Notes under the pieces: generated by a model
Database searches by the model: none
Told to the model about the DNA's origin: nothing
Seen by the model: only the letters and a program-made list of their open reading frames with translations
Source of the DNA: Callorhinchus milii
Taxonomy: Eukaryota
DNA: 64,000 bases
Direction of reading: 5' to 3'
Assembly (NCBI RefSeq): GCF_018977255.1
Contig: NW_024704742.1
Span: 92,506,001 to 92,570,000, forward strand
Position numbers and translations under genes: made by a program
Shown: positions 1 to 13,400 of the stretch, in pieces
How the letters are laid out: every line of letters begins with the position of its first letter
Numbering within the stretch: position 1 is the first letter of the stretch

Positions 1-150
1 CTCACAGGGCTGATCGGGCAACCGGTTGCCTGCCTGTGCCTGTGGATCCCTACACTGCAGCATCTTTGGGACCATTGCAAGTTGGAGAGTGGGTGTTGCA
101 GATGATCCGACAGCCAAAGCTCCCCCAGGAAAATGCCACCTCCACTACAG
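1..150 (+). other. Candidate non-coding first exon of MEGF10 (5' boundary unknown)
   Basis: Non-repetitive, relatively GC-rich stretch ending in CAG|GTAGCA (donor-like, GT at 151), followed by a (TC/TTTC)n tract. The first coding exon has an acceptor 18 nt upstream of its ATG, so an upstream exon must exist. That it is this one is inference. Confidence 0.35.
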
Positions 151-160
151 GTAGCAACTC

Positions 161-212
161 TCTTTCTTTCTTTCTTTCTCTCTCTTTCTTTCTTTCTTTC
201 TCTCTCTCTCCT
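161..212. repeat. (TTTC)/(TC)n microsatellite
   Basis: tctttctttctttctttctctctctttctttctttctttctctctctctc seen directly. Confidence 0.9.
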
Positions 213-375
213 CCACCACTTGTCATGTTGCCTGGACCAGAACCAGTGATTTGAGGGAGGAGGAGATGTCTCCAAAGCCCTTACCATTGGCTGTGAGCCT
301 GGGTGACAGGCACTGACTGCCAGTGAGAGAGGGAAGTTCATTCCCACATTCAAAGTTTCATATATAAAAAAANCC

Positions 376-415
376 TCCTCTCTCTCTCACACACACACAT
401 AGACACACCACACAC
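376..415. repeat. (CT)n-(CA)n compound microsatellite
   Basis: ctctctctctcacacacacaca...; a single N at 373. Confidence 0.85.
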
Positions 416-481
416 TGAGCATTACAGCTCAAACTGCAAAGCACCCCCTTGTCCAGGGGTGGGGAAAGATCTGAATGGCTG

Positions 482-721
482 TATATAAACCATCTCTTCT
501 TTATTTGCAAGGAACAAGAAAAGCAACCCTTGCCCTTGTGCAATTAATCTTTTTTGTTCTGAGTCACTGACTTTGATTGTGCGGAAAGAGGAAAAGAGAA
601 AGAAAGAGAGAGAGAGTGTGTACGACGTGCAAAAAGAAAAGAGAACTGGATGAATGAAACCACAGAGATAGAGAGGAGGCACAGATACAACCAACAACCG
701 CAGGGAAACTTCTGATGTCTG
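482..721 (+). promoter_or_regulatory. TATA box (482-489) and candidate alternative non-coding first exon ending at a donor at 721/722
   Basis: TATATAAA at 482-489; purine-rich downstream sequence ends in CTG|GTAAGA, close to the 5' splice-site consensus. Confidence 0.4.
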
Positions 722-997
722 GTAAGAGTGTTTTCCTTTTTGCTTCAACTCTCTCTTTTAGAATATACTGAGTTGTATATAAATGCATAAGAATAAGGAT
801 GTGTCTGGGTACCGACAAGAAGGGAAGAGAAACTAACGCGTTAACTGCTTTAGATTCGTTTCCCAGATTGGAGTTCATGGAGAAACCATAGGAGAAACCA
901 GGGAGAAAGATAACAGTGTGTAGTTCTCAACGTTTGATGTTCCTGCAAATTGTTACCTTTGGGGGGTAGGAATGGTCCCTGCCAGCAAAGCAATCTA

Positions 998-1312
998 TAA
1001 TAATAATAATCCTTGCATTTGATATAGCGCTTTTCACGTCGGGAGGACGTCCCAAAGCGCTTCACAGAACACACTGTAAAGTGAATTGACTGTATATTTG
1101 TGGGCGAACGCGGCAGCCAATTGCGCACAGCAATGTCCCACAAACAGTCGTGGATTGAAAATGACCAATTTATTATTGTTTTTTTTGGAAGGATTATTAT
1201 TAGGCTCTGTGTGGAGTAAGGAAACTTGCCCAAGGTTTCGCGCTGCCTGGAATTGAATCCAGGTGTCTCACTTGCAAAACGAGTGCTCTAACCACTGAGC
1301 TACAGGACTCCA
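998..1312 (-). mobile_element. tRNA-Ala-derived SINE, short form, L2-type tail
   Basis: Reverse complement begins GGAGTCCTGTAGCTCAGTGGTTAGAGCACTCG (A box), contains GATTCAATTCC (B box-like) and ends ACGTCCTCCCGACGTGAAAAGCGCTATATCAAATGCAAGG(ATT)n; about 17 copies in the window. Confidence 0.9.
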
Positions 1313-2949
1313 AATAGCAAAGCCTTAAACAACTGGACAGCAAAGAGGCATTAAACATCTGAGTAACATTGCTGGCATTCTGGTAATCATCAGTTTGAAG
1401 GAAAGCACTGCACTGTATCAGGTTGTTTCTCTTTGCAGAACTCTGCTGCTGCCAACTTGGAGAGAGTTGGAAACAGACGGATACACTAGTTATTTGGGGG
1501 GATGGATTCCTATAGTTTCCAAAAGAGAGCAACGTGAGAAAGGGGGGTGTGTGGAGGTCTCAGCAAAAGAGGCATTGAATGTTCAATTGGCATCGTTAAA
1601 ACTATATAGATCAGCATATGTGACTTCTCTCCCTCCCTTTCCCAGTTTTCTAAGGGACAAACCATTTAAAAAAACATGAGGGACAAAAGTGGGTCTAAAT
1701 GACGTGACTGTGTTTACAATAACATTGCGGAGCAGGGATAGGAAGACAAGCAATTCCCACCCCCTCCAAAAATCCAGGATGTTTTTGCAATGAGTTCAGA
1801 GCATTTTACAACCAGAACAAAACAATAATTGCCCTTGCAGGATACTGGGAGCACAGAGGGGTCCCTGGATTCATAACTGGGAACTGGATAATGATATCAA
1901 GCTATCTACTGAGATCATGTTCACTGAATCTTAGCCCAAAAGACTATTTTCTCATAAAATTTTTAAAGGCTTGTGGAAAATTCTCTATATAATTTGGATG
2001 TTGTTAATTTGGATGCCTGAATTTCAATTTTAAGGTAAAATAGATTTAATAATAACAACATTGCATTTATATAGCGCCCTTCAGTCTGGTAGCATCTCAG
2101 AGCACTTAGGCTGAGACTTGAGGCTAAGACCAAGCAGAATTTGGGGCCTCAGAGAACACAAGCGGAGATAAGGGGCGGTTGAATAAACATGCAGATAAAA
2201 TCTGCCAATTGACTTGTCTATGGAATCAAAAAAATTTGCCTTTTTAGGAGGGCTATTAAATCTTGTGTAAGATATTTGTTTCAACAACTACAACTTGGAC
2301 TTATATAGCCCCCTCCACGCCGGATGGCGTCTCAGAGCGCTTTACAGTAACGGATCCATTTCATTGCTGTTCCAGAGTTTCAATGCTTCTTTTCTCGCTT
2401 CAGTTCTGGGATCGTGACAGCCTATAATGACTTCAGGATGTTTGGAACTTTGGACAGAGGATTAAAAAAGAGACCTTTTTTTGCTTTAAATAGTTTACAT
2501 TGAAGACTAATATCCCAGGCATAGGTATATGAGGTCCATGTGTGCTCCTACTGAGTATATGACCTTGCACAATTGTTGTATTTTTAAAAATAATGTGCAG
2601 TTAGGATTTTGACCATAATTTTAAGGTCTGGGCTGTGCACTTGATATCCGTCATTCTATTACAATAACTTGAGCAATTAATTGGATGCTTTTCTGATTTT
2701 CCTTTGACGAGTGATCCTCAGTTTGTGAATTCAGTTGACAGTAAAATGACAGGTTATATTTGAACCTATCTGATGATGATAGTAATAATCATGATAATAA
2801 TAATCCTTGCATCTGAGGATTTCTGATTTTCTCAGTGACCTTTTTGTGTGATGTGTGTGTGTGTTATAGTGAACTAGGGGATGTTGAAATCTTTGAATAT
2901 CTTTGCATGCAAAGTCAGCATAAGCAATTATTTACAGGGTAGGTCAAGC

Positions 2950-3180
2950 ATGTTAATACAGAGTAAAGCACTCTTTACATTGCCCCAGAAATAACAGCAA
3001 TCTTACAAGGGCAAACCCTGATGCATCAGTATAACATTTTCAATCCCAACAGCCAACATACTTGTGGTCTTTCTGACTGAGAGAGCCAATTTCGTGCCAA
3101 ATTATTATGACTTTTAGACTGCAAAATCAAGCCTACTGGTTACTTGGTTGGGATTGCTGAGACCACAATTTCAGGATGAA
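2950..3180 (-). mobile_element. Old LF-SINE-like relic
   Basis: Reverse complement has TGGTCTCAG...AATTTGGCACGAAATTGGC...GGGGCAATGTAAAGAGTGCTTTACTCTGTAT, resembling the LF-SINE body/tail as I remember it; degenerate. Confidence 0.35.
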
Positions 3181-3509
3181 CACTCAGGCCTTAACATGAC
3201 TCTTCTCTTTAGTCTGGAATGGATTGGAGTCAACACCTCAGAGTTGAAAAGACTAATGTTCCAGTTTACCACATCAACCTGTTCACCAGATCATGAGGTA
3301 CAATGAAGAAGGCCCCTTCAGCCAGACTATTTGTTCTGATTCATCCAGGATACCTATCTTAACATTTCCCATTACTGACAGCATTAACCTGTTTCTTAAA
3401 TGAGTCCAGCATCTTGGCTTCGACCAGCCTTCCTTACTTAAACATAGTTATTGCTAAGAGGAGATGTTAATAATTGGTGTACAGAGGAGACATAAAGCAA
3501 ACATTTACA

Positions 3510-3730
3510 ATAACAACAAATTGCATTTATGTAGTGCCCTTCATGTAAGGCAAGTTTCAGGGGGGCTTAACAAGGACCAGGTCGGACACCAAGTGAGGGG
3601 AGAGTGGGAATGTGGAGGTGAACATAGAAGTAGGTTTTAAGGTGGGACTTAAGAGGAATACAGAGTGGATGCGAGAGAGGGATGTATGGGGAAGGTTCAG
3701 AGGTCACGGATGTTGACGGGGAGAGGATGG
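3510..3730 (-). mobile_element. Degenerate L2 LINE 3' fragment
   Basis: acaacaaattgcatttatgtagtgcccttcatg tail followed by purine-rich L2 3' region similar to other L2 copies. Confidence 0.6.
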
Positions 3731-3919
3731 GGGTCGTGCCGCAAGCCTGAGTTTGCTGTCAGGAGGGGCACGAACACAGGAGGAAGGTGGAAGATCAGAG
3801 AGATAAGTAGATGGTAGGAAGTGTGTGGATATATAGGTGACCGTTGTGACAAACAAATTTGAGGATACCAAAAAGCAGCATATGAACTTAGGACAGCATA
3901 CTTAAACATTAAAACCGTC

Positions 3920-4032
3920 TGTAGAATTTCCATGTGTAGGTGGGATGCATTAAAGTCTCAGTTTGGTTTGGATACTCTTAAGCATGGTAATGGGTGTCCG
4001 CATGTGTCAGACACCCGCTGACCAAAAAAAAA
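3920..4032 (+). mobile_element. Unclassified repeat family X, 3' end only
   Basis: gaatttccatgtgtaggtgggatgca...ctcttaagcatggt...gtgtcagacacccgctgacc followed by an A-run; matches copies near 10320, 18618, 37200 and 40237. Confidence 0.8.
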
Positions 4033-7000
4033 CATTCTTGAGGTTTATGTGATCTGGGGTTTTATCATGTCTGAAGAAATTTTTAAATTATATTATCAGC
4101 TCGAAATGACCTTTCAGGTATCTCCCGGGCCCCAATATCCCAGTTCAAAAAATCCCAAGTCATACAAACTTTTTTGTTGCTGAAAGCAAATTCAGTCTCA
4201 AGAATTGTTTTAAGTACGTTGTCATAAATTCAAGTGCTGCCCTTTAAGTAAATGTAGTTTTTTTTTGTTACAACTGTAGTGAATGTTTGTTTTATTACTT
4301 CTCTATTAAAACCTCTTAGCAAAATGTTTTGCTTTTCCATTTGTATAAATAAGTTAAATGATTTCTGAGATATTTTTCCATACAGCATGTGTTCAGCTTG
4401 TTGCTTTACTGGAATTGCTGTTTCTATTGCCACGTGTGCCAAGTACAGAACAAAATGACCAGTTGTGCTCTAATAACATTCTAAGTGTTACCAATACTTT
4501 ATTGTCAAAAAAGGCTTTGAATGACGATTATATCTGGCTATTGATTGAAATGGCTGTCAAATTGTATGCTTTTGATCGTCTCTTTTGATAGTCAGCCAGC
4601 TCTTCTGTTTTGCACCTTTTGCAGGTAATTGCAGCTGCCATTTAACTTTGCCCACTCACAGAAATGCATGAGTTTGCAGAAGTGACTCTTGGAATTTGCC
4701 AAAATGTTTGTGATGATATTTGATACTGACATGGTTTTTGGCACTTGATATAATGCCTCTGACGTCGGGAGGCTGTCACAAAGTGCTTCACAGGATTTAT
4801 TCTAAAGTGTAGTGACTGTGCATTTTGTAGGTGATGTTTAATTAGCCTGATGTATGTTGACTTTGTAAAATATCTAGAAACTGCAGCGTTTTAATCTGGT
4901 TTACGGCAGTTATGTTGACATGGCAAAACTTCTTTAAAGTACAACATAACAGAAATAGTGGCAGCAAAATAATTCTTAGACCTCGGCTAAGCTTACGAAT
5001 GCCATAGGGCTAAAATGGTTTTAGTTGCAGTGATCCTGCTCAAGCGAGCCCAACAGAGCTGGTTATGTGAAAGGTTGTATCTCACAATATGCCTGAAGTG
5101 ACAATAATCATAGCACTGCACTACTCATGTGACTGTCATACAAAGGAGGTATTATTAATGGCTGACTGGCATCGGAGCCAAGGCATGGCTGTTGCAGTCG
5201 CACTCAGCTTGATAGCCTAAAGGAGTCTGGGACTATAGAAAAAAGGGACCACTAAGCATTGGGAAGACTTTTTTAGAGAGCCCTTATAAGCTTGCACAGC
5301 AAGTGTTTCTGTACTACAAAGCATAGTACACTGTGAGAAAAAGTGACCTTTCACACAATTTCTAATGCCAATAATATTTCAACAATAGTCAGCCACCAGA
5401 GCAATCAAACATATCAGAAAATCAATCCCAATGGACCATGTGATCGTAGCTAAACACTCAGAAATATTTTTATCATGTGTGCATCAGTTGCATATTAGCC
5501 AGAAATGCTATGTATAGCTAAGGAATGTTGCAAAAATAAACTATGACTAACCTTCTCCAAAGAAAAGGAATTTTGGACTATGATAAAGTGTATGTAGTAA
5601 AATAAATATTCATATAGAACATTTTAATTTATTTAGTTTTTTTGAACTTTTTGGTTGTGTAAATGTGTTGTTTATGGTTTAATCTCTGAAATACATTTAA
5701 GTACTTGACTTTTTAAAAAAAGTTATTCACTTTTCAGAATTTTTTATATTAAAGCTTTAAAAAGTTGTGATAGCTTAAAGGATATGGAGATTGATAGTGG
5801 ATTTTTCATTCTGTTTGTAAACTTTAATTGCATGATTTGGTGACAGCAGCCACAACGCTTCTTTCATTTTTCAAAACTTGATACATTCACTCCTCATTTT
5901 AGATGAACCTTTTTCTTTACCCAGTTTAAGTTAAATTTGCATGACAAATTAATCTAATGGTTCTATAAAGTCAGGAGATCTGCTTCATTTCAATGTCAGA
6001 TGATACATTGATCATTGAAAAGAAAGGGCGTCTTTTACTTTTAGAAACTGGTTGCATTTGGTGCATGTAAACATAATTTTAACAACAGTAAATTCTTTCA
6101 GATTTTTTGGAAATCTGATTTGTCAGTGGTTTAACTTTAACCCAGTGATAATACTGAACGCACACTTAGTACATTTATTCATATAGAACCGCACACTTGT
6201 GACGGTATCTGAATCTAGTATCAGTGTGAATTTTCAAGCAATATCTTGTACAGCTCGTTTTATTTTTTTCCGGAAGTAGAATTTAATTTGTAAAAAAAAT
6301 CTAACTTTTTGAATTTTGCTTTGTGAGGCATTTAATTTTTGCAACTTTTTGTTATAGGGGATATACTGTAAAATGTTATGACTGTATTTTGTAAGCAAAT
6401 CCCATCAACAGATGGCTGCGGGATTGCGAAAAATGTTCATTGATCATCATCAACAACAACAATCTGCATTTATATATAGTGCTGGACGGCGTCTCGGATC
6501 AGCGCAGAAGGCCAGAGTTTTTTTTAATTTTCATTCATCAAACAGAAGAAAAGTGGTCTGAAATATTGGTCACTATGACAGAGCATAGCTGAGTGAGTCA
6601 AGTAATAAAGGCTGTTTCCCCAGCTGAAAGCCAGATCAGATGGTCGGTGCTTATTCTGTTCCATACAACTTTGATAAAATGGGCTTTTTTTGTGCCTTTG
6701 AAAACCCTTTGTTTTAAAACTACTCCAGAAATTCAAGAGGGACTTTTAATAAAAACAATATGTAAATGAACTATAGAGGCTCTGAAAGCATTACAGATGA
6801 ATGCTTTAGAACAGGAAGTTAGCTGTGAGGCATGGTTTTGAGTAAGGCTGAAATGGCCATTCAATTATCGATCCTTTGTAACGGGCATCTGTCATAGTTT
6901 TATTTTTAATTAAAGTTATTGAAAATAATTAATTTAGTTTTCGGATATGTAACGTACCTAGGAACACAGTCACTAGAGTTGACTTTGAAGTGCTGACATT

Positions 7001-7840
7001 GTGACGTGATAAAGTGCTATAAAAATGCAAGCCCTTTGTTTTAGGCATGGTGCATAACTTTTGAAAAATGATGCATTTCAAAACAATTTCTGCCACTGTT
7101 TCTGCTGCAAATTGTAGCAAAACTATTTACAGAACGTTTGCGACATGAAGTAACCCATTATAAGAGAAAACAATTTTACAGCTGACATCTTGTCAACATC
7201 AGTAGTGTTTTGCTGTTTAATCTGTGTTGGTAGAGGTTTAACTCCTTTGTATTATTTATGAAAAGTGAAAAGAGCAAAGAAAGCAGTGTTTTCTGTCTTG
7301 TATTTTGTTTGTTTTGTTAGAATGTTTTTATTATAATTAGAAACACACAGGACTGTGCAAAATAATGAGGCTTTGACGTAGTAGTAGAGATGATGTTGAA
7401 TGGGTTGGAGTGATTGTTGCTCAAATTTCCCTTCTTGTTTAAGCGCTCCGGGATGCTACTCTGGGAGAAGGGCACTATATAAATGCAAGTTGTTGTAGTA
7501 GTACTTGGCCTCCCTTTAATTTCTTCATGGATGCTACGGCACAGAGTGGAAAAATATGAGCCGAAGCCCATATCCTACCATTCTGTGGTACAGTGACAGT
7601 GCAAACTAATTCCTGAAAATGACTGCATAAGGTTTAGGTAATTCATTTTATTTCTATTATTCCTATATGACTTTATAAAGAGTTATTGTGGGTGAATAGA
7701 CTACAGTTGACAGTCACTACAGTTGACAGTAGTATAGTGACTGTGTATTCGTATGGTTTTATTGGTAGAAAATAATTAATTTAATCAGTACTTAAACACT
7801 ATTAATATTTGTCGTGCCCGAATATAATTCTGTATCTGTT

Positions 7841-8227
7841 TTGTCAGCATGGCTCAGTTGGTAGCATTCTCATCTCTGCATCAGATTAGGTCTTTGAACT
7901 CGTATTCTAGGCTAACACTTCGACACAGTGCTGGAGGTGGAGCTCTGCATTGTCTGACGTGCCATCCTTCATATGGGACAGATCCTGTCTGCTTGCTCAG
8001 GTGGATGATAAAGATCCCAATATAAAAAAGGGAGTTTTTCCCCAGTCAACAATCCTCCAGATAAAATTAGTCAATCACTACTACATGGCTATTTGTTGGA
8101 CAATATTGTATGCAAAATAGTTGCCATATTTTCCTACGAATACGCAGTCACTACACTCTGCAACAAATCTTGTGAAGCAGGTTGAAATGTTTTGATGATG
8201 TGCTATATCAAATGCAAGGATATTATA
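7841..8227 (+). mobile_element. Deu-domain SINE (SacSINE1-like)
   Basis: Head gtcagcatggctcagttggtagcattctcatctctgcatcaga; Deu-like core ctgtctgcttgctcaggtggatgataaagatccc; tail tgctatatcaaatgcaaggatattat. Confidence 0.75.
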
Positions 8228-9206
8228 ATCTGCTTATAAATCACGATGTAATGAAACTCTTATTAATAGCGAACACATTCAGATATCTAACTTTGTTTTT
8301 TAGTTATTAAGAGGGATGGAACTCTTGTTATTTAAAAAAAAGGTGACATTTGCGATTCTTCATTATCCTTTGTGATAATTATCACAAGGAACGCATAATG
8401 AAACATAATAAATACCACCCCAATATCTTTTTAAGTAAAATTTCTGTATCTGTTTCTTCTGCTGCATCTGTGACCTAACTTATACAAAGGATTGAAGGTT
8501 GCATCATGTTAGATGTTAATTGAATGTGTTGGCTCCAGTTATAAAATGCTTTCTGGCTATGGACTGTCACACTGGGTGCTGGTATGGCAACGGTATATGT
8601 TTTGGGTCATATGTAGTCAGTCCACTTGCATTCCTTACTTTGAAAGATGAAATTAATAACTTACCGGAGTGAGAAGTTATAAAATGCACAATAGCCACGT
8701 TTTGCTGGTGCTGACTGGCAGCATCAGCCACATGTAACCCATGTAATTGCATTGGGCCTTGAGACAGAGATGGCAGTCCTGCCATCGTGAAAACACATTG
8801 AAATCGCCTCCCACCAACCTAACCTGTTGGGCACCTGTAAAACATAAATCAATAATCCTTCCTATCCATATATCAAGTCAAAATGACTCAAAGTGCCTCA
8901 CGGGTAATTGCTGTCAAGTGTGTGGACTATAGTTTTACAGGTGAATGTGGCAGCAAACTTGAGAACAGTAATGTCCCACGTACAGCCAAGGAGTAAGCAA
9001 CCAATTTATCTTGGGGATTGTTGTCCGGGGCAAAAAGAGAAACCCTTTTTCTTTCTGAACAGTGTCATGAGACTTTTACCGTCCATCTAAGTGGGCAAAC
9101 TCAGGCAGACCATTGTTTTGCAACGTAATGTCGAAATGGAGTCCATCCTCTGCAGTGGCTTGGGACACTGCTGATGATAGATCAGCCAGCATGGCTCATC
9201 TTGGAA

Positions 9207-9640
9207 CAACAACAGCAAGATTCCATTTACAGAGCGCCTTTCACGTCGGGAGGACGTCCCAAGGCACTGTACAGTTGGGTCAGGACCCGGGCAGGGGGGA
9301 AATGGTCAGGGTGAGGAGAGGGAAGGGAGGGAGCGAGGAGGGGGTAGAGAGTCGAGAGGGGAGCTGAAGGCACGGTCAAAGAGAAAGGTCTTGAGACCGG
9401 CCTTGAAGGAGGAAAGGGAGGAGGCGGCGAAGGCACTGGGGGATAGAGTTCCAGAGCCTAGGAGCTGAGAGGCTGAAGGCCCGGCCACCGATGGAGGGCG
9501 GTTGGGGCGGGGGATGTGGAGCAGACCGGAACCAGAGGAACGGAGGGTACGGGCAGGTAAGTAGGGGGATAGTAGATCAGAGAGGTAGGAGGGAGCAAGG
9601 CTGTGAATGGCCTTGTAGGTGAGGATGAGGATCTTGAATT
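9207..9640 (-). mobile_element. L2 LINE 3' fragment (end of ORF2, 3' UTR and (TTG)n tail)
   Basis: ORF 9306-9680(-) reads [25 protein letters not shown]...RTLRSSG...SFKAGLKTFLF, typical of the L2 ORF2 C-terminus; tail aacaacaacagcaagattccattt. Confidence 0.9.
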
Positions 9641-10428
9641 CGAAGGGAAGACCAGTGACTGGGGCAGGGATTCTCACCACTCAGCTCCTCTTTAACCCTG
9701 CAAACCAAAGCCTTAATGGGTAGGGGTGGTCTCAATAAATAATAATCCTTGCATTTGATACAGCGTCTTATCATGTTTTTGAGAAATCTCAAAGCGCTTC
9801 ACATACTATACTCGAAAGTGAATTAATATGTATTTTGTCGGCGAAATGTGGCAGCCAATTGCACACAGTGGTGACCCACAAACAGTCGTGGATTGAGTGA
9901 CCAAATTATTATTATTTTTTTTGGAAGGGATTATTACCCCCGGAAAAGCGATCCCCCAATCGACTAATAACCGGGTTCCTACTTACTGCTAGGTGAACAG
10001 AGGCATGTGGAGTAAGGAAACTTGCCCAACGCTTCGCCTTGCCTGGGAATCGAACCCAGCTCCTCTTGCTTGCGAGGCGAGGACTCTAACCACTAAGCTA
10101 CAGGACTCCACATTGTTTTAGTTGGACAAGCAGCAGGAAAGCTTGCCAGAAAGTGTTTTCAATGACAAGCTATGTGGTTTTAGCTGGTTAAGCTCCAGCA
10201 TACTCTGGGGCCCCCAAGCCTTGGCTCTTGGCAGCCTCCGTCTAATACTTTTTAGAATTAGGTAAGCAGGATACGTCCCTCCAGAAAGATTTCCTTGCAA
10301 ATTCCATTAGAATGCATGGGAAGTTTCATGTGTAGGTGGGATGTGTGGAACTCTGTCTGGTTTGGATACTCTTAAGAATGGTGATGATTATTTTCATGTA
10401 TCAGACAGCCAGGTGACCAAACAAAAAC
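9641..10428 (+). mobile_element. Repeat family X copy interrupted by a SINE
   Basis: gaagggaagaccagtgactggggcag...gcaaaccaaagccttaatgggtaggg resumes after the SINE as ttggacaagcagcaggaaagcttgcc...catgtgtaggtgggatg...gtgaccaaacaaaaac; colinear with the reverse complement of 40237-40960. Confidence 0.8.
9735..10112 (-). mobile_element. tRNA-Ala-derived SINE, long form, nested in family X
   Basis: Full head, the extra central segment (cctacttactgctaggtgaacagaggc) and (ATT)n tail. Confidence 0.9.
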
Positions 10429-13400
10429 AATCCTAATCCGTCCACTTGAAATTGCTATTTCCAGTCAACCCATCAGTGAGTTGCATTCATTCAGGCAACC
10501 CCTGGTACAATGACATTTTACTGTGGGAAAATGACAGTGAACAAGATTTTACTCTAAATAAGTTCTGCTGTCCTGCAGAAAGATTTCAGATCCTCCTCAC
10601 ATTCTAAGAGTGTGATATTTAAAGCAAGTCTCGACCACAACCAAAATAACTAAATTAAGTTGCATAAAATATTAAAATGTAAAACTGGAATGGCTTATTC
10701 ATCCCTGCTTTCGGCTTCCTTCTTTTGTTTGTCTCTGTTTTCCTGGGGTCTTGTTTTCATTCTTCACCTGTTCCTTATTGCTGCAAAGCGCTCTGAGACG
10801 TTATTTTTGCATGAAGGGCACTCTATAAATGCAAGATATTGTTGTTCCTGCGTCTGCTTTTATGCTCCATTTGTCTGCTCTTTGTATTCTTTTTCTATTT
10901 CTTTGCTCTCTGGTTAGTCAAGTGTACTGCATACTGCGCATGCATATTTCAGAGAATGTCTGTGTCAGATTTTCAATGAAAGGATGCTGATGGTAACACT
11001 ACATAGCGGTTTTACTATTTTAGCAATTTCTACTATTTAATTTAAAAATGAGTGTAATCCTCATTTTCCAAAGAATGACGTGATTTGTCTTTCCTTCCTA
11101 TATTGGGGGAGGTGGGGAAGTGGACACAGGGTGCAATTACGATTCAGCGCAATACATGAAAAAGTTCAGATAGGGAGGTGAGGGAAAGCAGAGACAAACC
11201 AGAACAGGAGAGGATGTTGTGACAATCCAGAATGGGAAAGAATGCAGAGGCAGGAGAGAGTGAAATGAACCCAGATTATCACCCAGCTTGTTTCTATTTG
11301 TGGGAAAGTTGGAATATAAATGTTTTTGAACATCAGTACAAAATGCAGTGCATAGTTGAATTCTATAACATATGTTTCTGTATTGAATGCTGCTTAGTTT
11401 CCAAGTTGGAAATCTTAGGCTAGTTTGGGGAGAAGGTCTAAATTGCCATCGATAAAAGGACCTCATTGTCGTACCAGTCCCATACATTTGGGGGAAGCTG
11501 GAATGAGAACCTTTTGACACTACATCGTGAGGACAGACATGATAAATATTTTTATAGTTAATGCGACATATTTATTTCATTTGTTTAAAAACGTTGATTT
11601 CAGAATGCTAAGAAAACATTATTAGGTGAACTTTTAGCTTGGACTAACAGGCCTGGCATGCACAAGATTTATGTAAGAGACAACAACAGTCTTCCCGTGA
11701 CACCATTACATACATTTGCACTGTTTGTGGGTGTGTGTGTGCACGCTGTCTGATATCGGATATGGAGTAGACATCAAGGGGTAACAGAAAGTGTGCCTGG
11801 GGCTGGGAATGGGGCTGGGGGAAATCAGACAGAGGCTACACTGCATACACACACAGTGCTTGGAGTATGAAAGAGTTTTAGTACTGTTTTAATCCAAGTC
11901 ATAGGCACATTTCATTAACCACTTTTGAGACAGAAGTCCTCTTGTTCCCTCTCACAACAGTTGTTCAGAATTTGCTTTGCAGCTGTGCTACCGCTTGTGA
12001 GCTGCAGGACATCAATCCAGTGTAATTTGACCTTTAACCCTCTATCACAGAATTTGTACCGCAGCAAATGTTCTCAAAGGACTAGCTGTCAATTTGCGTA
12101 TTTCCAGATCATTAAGGAAAAATACTTTTAATAAGATTATTTTTGAAGAAGGCTGTCTGTACTGCAACTAAATGGACATTACTACAGCTATCCATCTTCA
12201 GGGCAAACATCTACACAAAATAATGATGGTCAGTGAACTAGATTCAGTGTTAATTAAAAACATCTTTATAAAGAGATTTCAGATTGTTCTAACTTTCTAT
12301 CTATAAACATAAGAGACGTACAGTCAGCAAACACAAGTTCAATCAGTACTTCCTTCTTCTCTACCCCCATCCCTCCTTCCCCCTCCGCCAAAGTTGTGTG
12401 GACAAGATATTTGGTGATTTTCAATACGTTCTGACAAATTAAACTCTTGTAATTCATTGAAGTGGGGAAGTGAAGCCAAAATATAGTATAGAGAAAATGT
12501 AACAGTAAAGTTTACCTGTCAGGAATTACATAGTTTGGTTTCCAGTCTGCAAATAAACCTACAAATACATACATTGCATAACGTTGAACACTACTGAAAC
12601 AGAATTTGTCAGTGATGATTGACACAATTCCATTATCTCAGATTTCCCAAACCCCCTCGGTACAGAAAGAAAGATTTAGACAAAGCTCTAGGTAGACACC
12701 ACATGTGTATGTGCTCAATACAAAGTGACTATTGTTTGCAAACCTGCTGAATTTTACACACTGTCCAATCAATCATCTTAAAGTGACTTCTTGGCATTAT
12801 AATTGACTCACGGATTTCAGCTGTCTCATGAATGTGTCATGTGCCCCACACAGTTTTCTCTTACAACATGTGTGTAAGCTATTGAAGCCTTGTTCAAAGA
12901 AGTAGAATTGATTGCAGGACAGCGTGTAAAATTGTTTTCGAAACTTAATAGAAAGTGAATAGAAAAGAGAAATTAAACACCAAATACAGTTTGTAGATGA
13001 TCAAGCGTGTCCTACATAATGATTTAGATGTTATCTAACAAAATATCTAGAGAGTAAATATTAAAGCAACTTCAGAGTAATATAGATTTAAAATACCCAT
13101 ATAACAGAAACCCGGTAAACGCAAATTACATTGCTAAGAAATGCACGCTCATAGTTTTGGAGTAAAAACAAAGTTACAAATGTTCAAAAAAAAATTGTTC
13201 TTGTAGAAATTATTTCCAATTATTGCATTCATTCAGAACTTGAGCTAACAATGAAATGTGCATTTTATAATGTTATCATCAGACTGAAAAATACCCTGGT
13301 ATGTATTTGTAACTTGGCACCTGTCTTTAGTGGGCTGAGAATTGAGAATCAAAATAATTGGACTTCATCTATTTTACCGATTGGATTTTTTTTGCAAAAT

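Noticed and set aside
7699..7730. 16-bp tandem duplication actacagttgacagtc (also ggagaaacca repeats at 879-908 and aattcctaa repeats at 24808-24845)
   Set aside because: Two- to three-unit slippage duplications with no spacer structure; not CRISPR-like and of no evident function.
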